Made by a program: the position numbers and the translations under genes. Shown here in pieces: positions 58,268 to 64,000 of a stretch of 64,000 nucleotides of DNA. The notes beneath the pieces are model-generated. The model did not search any database. It saw only the letters and a list, made by a program, of their open reading frames with translations, and was not told the DNA's origin. The DNA lies in NCBI GenBank assembly GCA_963787125.1, contig CAWBBV010000005.1:64001-128000 (forward strand). Direction: 5' to 3'. The DNA comes from an uncultured delta proteobacterium (lineage in GTDB: Bacteria > Desulfobacterota > Desulfuromonadia > Geobacterales > DSM-12255). Each line of letters starts with the position of its first letter. The stretch's first letter is position 1.

Positions 58268-59020
58268 ATGTTTAAACGGTTTTTCTTTGGAACTGGACTT
58301 GTACTGATGTGCATTTTTCATGCAAACTCAGGCATGGCGCAGGAGTGTAATCCACTCTCCATGACATCAATGGCGGCGCCGCCAGGGACAGTCGGTGTTG
58401 CCTATAAGCACAAAATTCAAAGTTTTGGCGGAAAAGAGCCAATCAGCATGATACTGACTGCAGGGGTACTGCCCGCGGGGCTGTCGCTTTTTGACAACGG
58501 TGAAATATCCGGCAAACCAAGAGAGTCCGGCTCCTTTACGCTGATCATAGAAGCTGCTGACAGCTGCAAACCGCAGCAACAGTCTGCAACCCGAACCATG
58601 CAACTGATCGTTTCTGCTTCCGGCAAAATCAGCCCTGCCAACCAGTCGGCACAGCTCCGCAAAGTCCCTCTGAAAGTAAAAGTCATCACCTCTCCATCAA
58701 CGTTCAGCATCCCGGCTGTTGGCGCTGTTGAGCGAAAGGTGAGCTACACACTGACCTCACAGCCGGCGGAAACCGCAACCCTTAACTCTCTTGGTGGCAC
58801 CTTTACTGTCGCCGGAGCGGTAATTGAATCGGTCAAGACGCCCCTCACTGCCACTTTTATCAATGGCAAATCCGCCCTGACGGAAACCATAATCATTCCG
58901 CCGAAAGTACTTGAGCAAGCCCGCAGAGATAAAGGCGCACGAATCGTCTACAGTCGGGCCTTTAGCGGTCGCGGGACGACTGCCCTTGGAATTGTCGAAT
59001 TCAGGATGATTTTTGAATAA
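58268..59020 (+). CDS. Exported putative Ig-domain protein
   Basis: Signal peptide; GTVGVAY..GGKEP..GVLPAGLSL..GEISGKP..GSFTLIIEAADS (He_PIG-like); 23 nt after cytochrome C. Confidence 0.78.
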   Translation: MFKRFFFGTGLVLMCIFHANSGMAQECNPLSMTSMAAPPGTVGVAYKHKIQSFGGKEPISMILTAGVLPAGLSLFDNGEISGKPRESGSFTLIIEAADSCKPQQQSATRTMQLIVSASGKISPANQSAQLRKVPLKVKVITSPSTFSIPAVGAVERKVSYTLTSQPAETATLNSLGGTFTVAGAVIESVKTPLTATFINGKSALTETIIIPPKVLEQARRDKGARIVYSRAFSGRGTTALGIVEFRMIFE

Positions 59021-59066
59021 AGGTAACCTTGAATGATCAGCAATAGCAGGTAGAAACAGTCAACTT

Positions 59067-59360
59067 TCATAACGAAGCTTTCTCCCACAAACCTTTAACT
59101 TTCTTAACTTTTGCTATTTTAACTTTTTTCTCTTCAGCAACTACGCTCCCGTCTGCTGCAAAACGCCGGCTGTCAACTTTAGCCATGATTATGCCGGCTT
59201 TTTCTCTGGCAGCAAGCTTCTTATTGTAATTGTAGGTGATCTGCTCCACATTCATACCGTCAGCTCTCAGTTCTCTCAGCGCCGCACTACTGATAACCTT
59301 CAGCTCACTGCAGCCGGTAAGAAGGGCTATTAAAAGTATGACCAGAACAGATCTTAACAT
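59067..59360 (-). CDS. Small hypothetical lipoprotein
   Basis: Lipobox LTGC; Lys-rich C-terminus. Confidence 0.65.
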   Translation of the reverse strand: MLRSVLVILLIALLTGCSELKVISSAALRELRADGMNVEQITYNYNKKLAAREKAGIIMAKVDSRRFAADGSVVAEEKKVKIAKVKKVKGLWEKASL

Positions 59361-59597
59361 GGCGTCCCCCTTGTGCATCTCTCTTCCTATCCATCTTTAT
59401 TACCAGATACGTGCCCATCTCAATTAGCCGCTAACCTGCTGTTTTAATTTGTATTTAAGAGGGATAAGCCTGCCAGGGGGATGATCTGAGAGTGAACAGC
59501 GCAACGAGATCCATGCTGTAACAAGCTGAAATCATTGGATGCATTGCAACTGCCGACTGTGCAACTATTGAACAGCAACCCTATTTATCGTCTCTGC

Positions 59598-59627
59598 CTT
59601 GACAAGAACAGAGTGAGATACCTATAT
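59598..59627 (+). promoter_or_regulatory. Promoter of clpB (sigma32-like or sigma70-like)
   Basis: CTTGAC-N17-CCTATAT 20 nt upstream of the start codon. Confidence 0.5.
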
Positions 59628-59646
59628 TTTTCCCACGGAGGTGATT

Positions 59647-62247
59647 ATGCCCAGACCTGAGAAAATGACGATAAAGAGCCAGGAAGCCCTTGCCGCTGCT
59701 GTCAATGAAGCTACCAGCCGGAAAAGCGGGGCAATTGAACCGGAGCATCTGCTGCTGGCACTTCTCGACCAGGAAGGTGGCTTGGTAACACCGCTGTTGC
59801 AAAGAGTCGGTGCAGACCCGGCAGCTGTCCGTGCAAGATTGGTGGAGTCGCTTGGTAAACTTTCCCAGGTGAGCGGCGACAACAGTCAGCCTCATCTCTC
59901 GGCAGAGACGAATCGTCTTCTGGAATACGCCGAGAAAGAAGCTGACGGGATGAAGGATCAGTACATCTCTACGGAGCACCTGCTGCTGGGGTTTCTCTCC
60001 CTCAAAAACGGTGCAGCAGCCAGAACTCTGAAGGATAGTGGGGTCAGCCGAGACTCTCTGCTCAAGGCGCTCGCCGGGCTGCGCGGCAGTGAGCGGGTGA
60101 CCGATCAAAACCCTGAAGATAAATACCAGGCGCTGGAAAAGTATGCCCGGGATCTGACAGAACTGGCACGCAAAGGGAAACTGGATCCGGTAATCGGCCG
60201 GGATGATGAGATACGGCGAGTGATCCAGGTGCTTTCCCGCAGAACCAAGAACAATCCTGTCCTGATTGGAGAGCCCGGAGTCGGCAAAACAGCGATTGTC
60301 GAAGGACTGGCAAGCAGAATCATTGCCGGTGATGTACCTGAAACCCTCAAAAACAGGCGCCTCGTCGCCCTTGACATGGGGGCACTGGTTGCGGGCGCCA
60401 AGTATCGCGGTGAATTTGAAGAACGCTTGAAAGCGGTGATAAAAGAGGTTGAGAAGTCCGAAGGCGAGATAATACTTTTTATTGACGAGCTGCACACCCT
60501 GGTAGGAGCAGGCGCTGCTGAAGGGGCAATGGATGCCTCAAACATGCTCAAACCCGCTCTGGCGAGGGGAGAGCTGCACTGCATCGGCGCAACCACACTG
60601 AACGAGTACCGCAAACATATCGAAAAGGATGCGGCTCTTGAGCGCCGCTTTCAGCAGGTGTATGCAGGCGAACCGTCTGTGGAGGACACCATTGCCATTC
60701 TGCGCGGCCTCAAAGAGCGCTACGAGAATTTTCACGGCATCAGAATCAAAGACAGCGCCATAATTGCCGCTGCCACCCTCTCCGACAGGTATATTACCGC
60801 CCGCTTCCTCCCTGACAAGGCCATAGACCTTATTGATGAAGCAGCATCGCGCCTGCGGATCGAGATAGACTCGCTACCGACGGAAATTGATGAAATTGAG
60901 AGAAGAATCATTCAGTTGGAAATCGAAAAACAGGCCCTCTTGCGCGAGCAGGACAGTCATTCAAAAGAGCGCCTCAAAAAGCTGGCGGATGAACTGGAAG
61001 AGCAAAAAAGCCGCTCAGCCACTCTGAAGAGCCACTGGCAAGGGGAAAAAGAGCTGCACAACCGGATCAGCACTCTCAAGAAGTCGCTGGAAGAAAAAAA
61101 AGAGGGGGCTAAAAGAAGCGAGAGGGTCGGCGATCTGGCAAAGACCGCAGAAATACGTTACGGCGACATTCCACTCCTTGAAAAACAGATTGAAGAAGTC
61201 CAGGAAGAGCTGCGACTGAAGCAGCTGGAGGGGCGGATGCTTCCGGAAGAGGTCGATGCCGAGATGGTGGCGGAAATAGTCGCCAAATGGACCGGGATCC
61301 CGGTAAACCGGATGCTGGAGAGTGAAACTGACAAGCTCGTGCGAATGGAAGAGCGGCTTAAACAAAGAGTCGTCGGCCAGGATGAGGCTCTCGTACTTGT
61401 TGCCAATGCGGTCAGGCGTTCCAGAGCCGGACTCTCCGACCCGAACCGGCCCATCGGTTCATTTATCTTCCTGGGTCCGACCGGAGTCGGTAAAACCGAG
61501 ACAGCACGAGCCCTGGCGGAGCTTCTCTTTGATGACGATCAGGCGATTGTCAGGATCGACATGAGCGAATATCAAGAGAAACATTCGGTTGCCAGGATGA
61601 TCGGTGCACCTCCCGGTTATGTGGGCTATGAAGAGGGGGGGCAACTTACCGAAGCCGTCAGGAGAAGGCCTTACAGTATCGTGCTCTTCGACGAGATCGA
61701 AAAGGGTCATCCGGAAATTTTCAATGTTCTCCTCCAGGTGCTTGATGATGGCCGCCTGACAGACGGCCAGGGGCGAACGGTCGATTTCAGGAACTGCGTT
61801 ATCATCATGACCAGCAATGTGGGGTCCCACTGGATCCAGCAGCAGAGTTCAACTGATTATGCAAAAATGAGGAACATGGTGCTGGAAGCGCTGAAAGAGA
61901 GTTTCAAACCTGAGTTTCTCAACCGTATTGACGAAACGATCATCTATCACCCGCTCGAAATTGCCCAGATCAGAAAGATTGCTGCTATTCAGCTGCAGGA
62001 ATTGACGAAAAGGGTTGCCGCAAGGGATCTGACGCTTAAGGTTACTGATAAAGCCAGCGAGTATCTAGCGACCCAGGGGTATGATCCGCTCTATGGGGCA
62101 AGACCGCTGAAGAGAACTATTCAACGGCTGATTCAGGATCCGTTGGCGCTCTTGCTGCTTGAAGGGAAATTCTTGGCTGGCGATACTTGCCTGGTGGATC
62201 TGGCAGGAGATGGTCAGGGGCTGACGATAAGCGCGCCTGAGAGGTGA
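59647..62247 (+). CDS. clpB: ATP-dependent chaperone ClpB
   Basis: Two AAA domains ([16 protein letters not shown]), long middle coiled coil, GARPLKR. Confidence 0.96.
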   Translation: MPRPEKMTIKSQEALAAAVNEATSRKSGAIEPEHLLLALLDQEGGLVTPLLQRVGADPAAVRARLVESLGKLSQVSGDNSQPHLSAETNRLLEYAEKEADGMKDQYISTEHLLLGFLSLKNGAAARTLKDSGVSRDSLLKALAGLRGSERVTDQNPEDKYQALEKYARDLTELARKGKLDPVIGRDDEIRRVIQVLSRRTKNNPVLIGEPGVGKTAIVEGLASRIIAGDVPETLKNRRLVALDMGALVAGAKYRGEFEERLKAVIKEVEKSEGEIILFIDELHTLVGAGAAEGAMDASNMLKPALARGELHCIGATTLNEYRKHIEKDAALERRFQQVYAGEPSVEDTIAILRGLKERYENFHGIRIKDSAIIAAATLSDRYITARFLPDKAIDLIDEAASRLRIEIDSLPTEIDEIERRIIQLEIEKQALLREQDSHSKERLKKLADELEEQKSRSATLKSHWQGEKELHNRISTLKKSLEEKKEGAKRSERVGDLAKTAEIRYGDIPLLEKQIEEVQEELRLKQLEGRMLPEEVDAEMVAEIVAKWTGIPVNRMLESETDKLVRMEERLKQRVVGQDEALVLVANAVRRSRAGLSDPNRPIGSFIFLGPTGVGKTETARALAELLFDDDQAIVRIDMSEYQEKHSVARMIGAPPGYVGYEEGGQLTEAVRRRPYSIVLFDEIEKGHPEIFNVLLQVLDDGRLTDGQGRTVDFRNCVIIMTSNVGSHWIQQQSSTDYAKMRNMVLEALKESFKPEFLNRIDETIIYHPLEIAQIRKIAAIQLQELTKRVAARDLTLKVTDKASEYLATQGYDPLYGARPLKRTIQRLIQDPLALLLLEGKFLAGDTCLVDLAGDGQGLTISAPER

Positions 62248-62254
62248 GGGAAAC

Positions 62255-62566
62255 TTATTTCTTTTCTTTGCCTTCCAGCAGATAGGCAAAGAGATTGCGG
62301 CACATCTGCAGCCGCCTCAAGTAGACTTTACGAGGAGTCGCTTCAAGCGCTTCTATCTGGGGCTTGAGGGCATCGCACTTCTCCAAAGCCTTTTTCAGCG
62401 CATCTATCGACATTTCCGCCGCAGTGTCACTCTGGCCGCATAGTCGGTCAAACTCCGCCTTCCATGACTCGCCGGTCTCGGCAGAAACGGCTGAAGTAAC
62501 GCAAAGTGGTGGTAGGTTCCATGACACGATGACAGCAAGCAGAAGGGTAATAACCAGTCTCTTCAC
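62255..62566 (-). CDS. Small exported helical hypothetical protein
   Basis: Signal peptide; WKAEFDRLC..KCDALKP..CRNLF; follows the cytochrome gene in the operon. Confidence 0.65.
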   Translation of the reverse strand: MKRLVITLLLAVIVSWNLPPLCVTSAVSAETGESWKAEFDRLCGQSDTAAEMSIDALKKALEKCDALKPQIEALEATPRKVYLRRLQMCRNLFAYLLEGKEKK

Positions 62567-62568
62567 AG

Positions 62569-63306
62569 CTACTCTCTCATTGCCGGATGACATCTTTTGC
62601 ACTCATCCATCGGAAAAGCAACCGACACGTGGCATACGCCGCAGAAGTTACCCTTGAGAATCTCTACCATGGAAAAATGGGTTCCCTTCTTCTTGATATT
62701 GAAGAGATCGGGGTGACAATTATCACAATCCAGCCAGGCTGCATGGGCTTTGTGCGGAAATATCGCCGGCGGTATAATTGTCATTTCCGCTTCCAGCAAC
62801 AACTCTTTTTCAAAATTCATATCCTGCGATTTTTTCTTGATGTACGTCTGCGGCTTTATCGCACCGCTGGCAATCCCGACGGTCCAGTTCACGCCATTGC
62901 CGACCGGAGTCATCGGCATCGACACCTTGAGCATAAATGCGTCAAACTTGCTATTGCTGTAGCCAATCTCACCGTTATGGCATTTATCGCAGTTGCCGTT
63001 GTGCCGGAAAGCGATTTTACCGTTATGGCAGGCGCCGCAAAACTTGCCGCTCCGGTTCGCCCGCTCAGTAATTTCGGTAGCATTAGTCTTCATCAGAAAA
63101 TCAAGCTCGCCATGACAGACCCGGCAAGTATATTTGGTCCGGTGCAGCCAGTGAGAGAAATTAACCGGCAATTGATCATTGGCAGTTGACGTCCGGTTGA
63201 TCAGAATATTGCCGTACTCTTCCCGGGGAGGCAGCGACGGCAGGTTGAAATTCGCTCCGGCTTCAGCAGAAGCAAAAAGTAAAATCATCAAAACAAATAT
63301 AGGCAT
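62569..63306 (-). CDS. Hexaheme c7-type cytochrome c
   Basis: Six CxxCH (CRVCH, CGACH, CDKCH, CDNCH, CGVCH, CKRCH); TGATG overlap with upstream gene. Confidence 0.88.
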   Translation of the reverse strand: MPIFVLMILLFASAEAGANFNLPSLPPREEYGNILINRTSTANDQLPVNFSHWLHRTKYTCRVCHGELDFLMKTNATEITERANRSGKFCGACHNGKIAFRHNGNCDKCHNGEIGYSNSKFDAFMLKVSMPMTPVGNGVNWTVGIASGAIKPQTYIKKKSQDMNFEKELLLEAEMTIIPPAIFPHKAHAAWLDCDNCHPDLFNIKKKGTHFSMVEILKGNFCGVCHVSVAFPMDECKRCHPAMRE

Positions 63307-64000
63307 CACTGAACCTGTTGTGTATGGCATCTGCGACAGTCACTCTGGGGAAAGGCAATCTTGCCGTGACAGGCCCCGCAGTATTTCCCTGCGAAAAGAT
63401 CTATCATGCTGTACTTCTCTGTCCCCTTTTTCACTCCCACAAAAATATCCGGGTGACAAAGTTCGCAACCGTTCCAGACAGTATGTTTCTTATGGGAGAA
63501 TATTATCGACGGCACCCCGTCAACCTTGGCGCCAAGAGTGAAATCTTTCTGGTTAGCCATAGGTGGCCGCTTTGTTGAAAGACCTTCGACATAGTCGATC
63601 AGCTTTATTGCACCTTCACGTTCTGCCTCTTCCCAGTTAATGCCGTTGCCACCCCGCTCTTTGGGCATCTTCTCGGCAAAAGCCCGGAATGCCTTTTCTC
63701 TTTGTTCACGCCTCACTTCCCGCTCCTGAGGAGACTTATCCTGACTATGACAGCGCAGACACCGCTTCATATCCTCTTTGGAAAAATTATCACTACAGGC
63801 AGCAAAGAGTTTTTCACCACCAAAGATTGACTTGCCGTTATGACAGGCTCCGCAGTAGTACCCCTTCATATTATCTACTGAGCGGACGCCACCTTCATTT
63901 GCCTTCATTGAAAAACCGATGTCGACATGACAAACCCGACAGGTAAAGGTTTTCCGATGGACCCAATGCTCAAATAGCACCGGATTTACCCCTGACTTTA
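63306..64000 (-). CDS. Hexaheme c7-type cytochrome c, paralog of the adjacent gene; 5' end beyond the window
   Basis: Six visible CxxCH (CRVCH, CGACH, CLRCH, CELCH, CGACH, CRRCH); frame open to the window edge. Confidence 0.88.
   Translation of the reverse strand, partial: KSGVNPVLFEHWVHRKTFTCRVCHVDIGFSMKANEGGVRSVDNMKGYYCGACHNGKSIFGGEKLFAACSDNFSKEDMKRCLRCHSQDKSPQEREVRREQREKAFRAFAEKMPKERGGNGINWEEAEREGAIKLIDYVEGLSTKRPPMANQKDFTLGAKVDGVPSIIFSHKKHTVWNGCELCHPDIFVGVKKGTEKYSMIDLFAGKYCGACHGKIAFPQSDCRRCHTQQVQ

Noticed and set aside
1..64000. CRISPR arrays, tRNA/rRNA genes, IS transposases, prophage genes
   Set aside because: None recognised: no regularly spaced repeat-spacer units, tRNA-like arms or transposase/integrase ORFs

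Overview
64 kb of a bacterial chromosome. Gene content (c7-type and CxxxxCH/CxxCH multiheme cytochromes, PEP-CTERM protein, CIRCE-controlled rpoH, nadC-birA-coaX-fusA operon) strongly suggests a Geobacteraceae/Desulfuromonadia genome. Most of it is housekeeping: murJ, mazG, tlyA, an EF-G paralog, coaX, birA, nadC, ubiB, ung, accA, dnaE, a UbiD-family gene, rpoH, ilvE and clpB. Notable accessory parts: (i) an intergenic cluster of five DnaA-box-like 9-mers plus an IHF-like site at about 970-1130, with a DARS-like geometry; (ii) an exported lipoprotein caspase-like protease plus a DUF4384 partner inside the long minus-strand housekeeping run; (iii) a small AT-richer islet with two toxin-antitoxin pairs, an orphan antitoxin remnant and an attC-like hairpin; (iv) a sigma54-type operon of three giant multiheme cytochromes (about 113 heme motifs by hand count), in which the middle gene looks like a chimera made by an out-of-register ~3.8 kb tandem duplication. 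Protein calls come from motifs and family resemblance read by eye; no database searches were run. Several start codons were refined from RBS positions.
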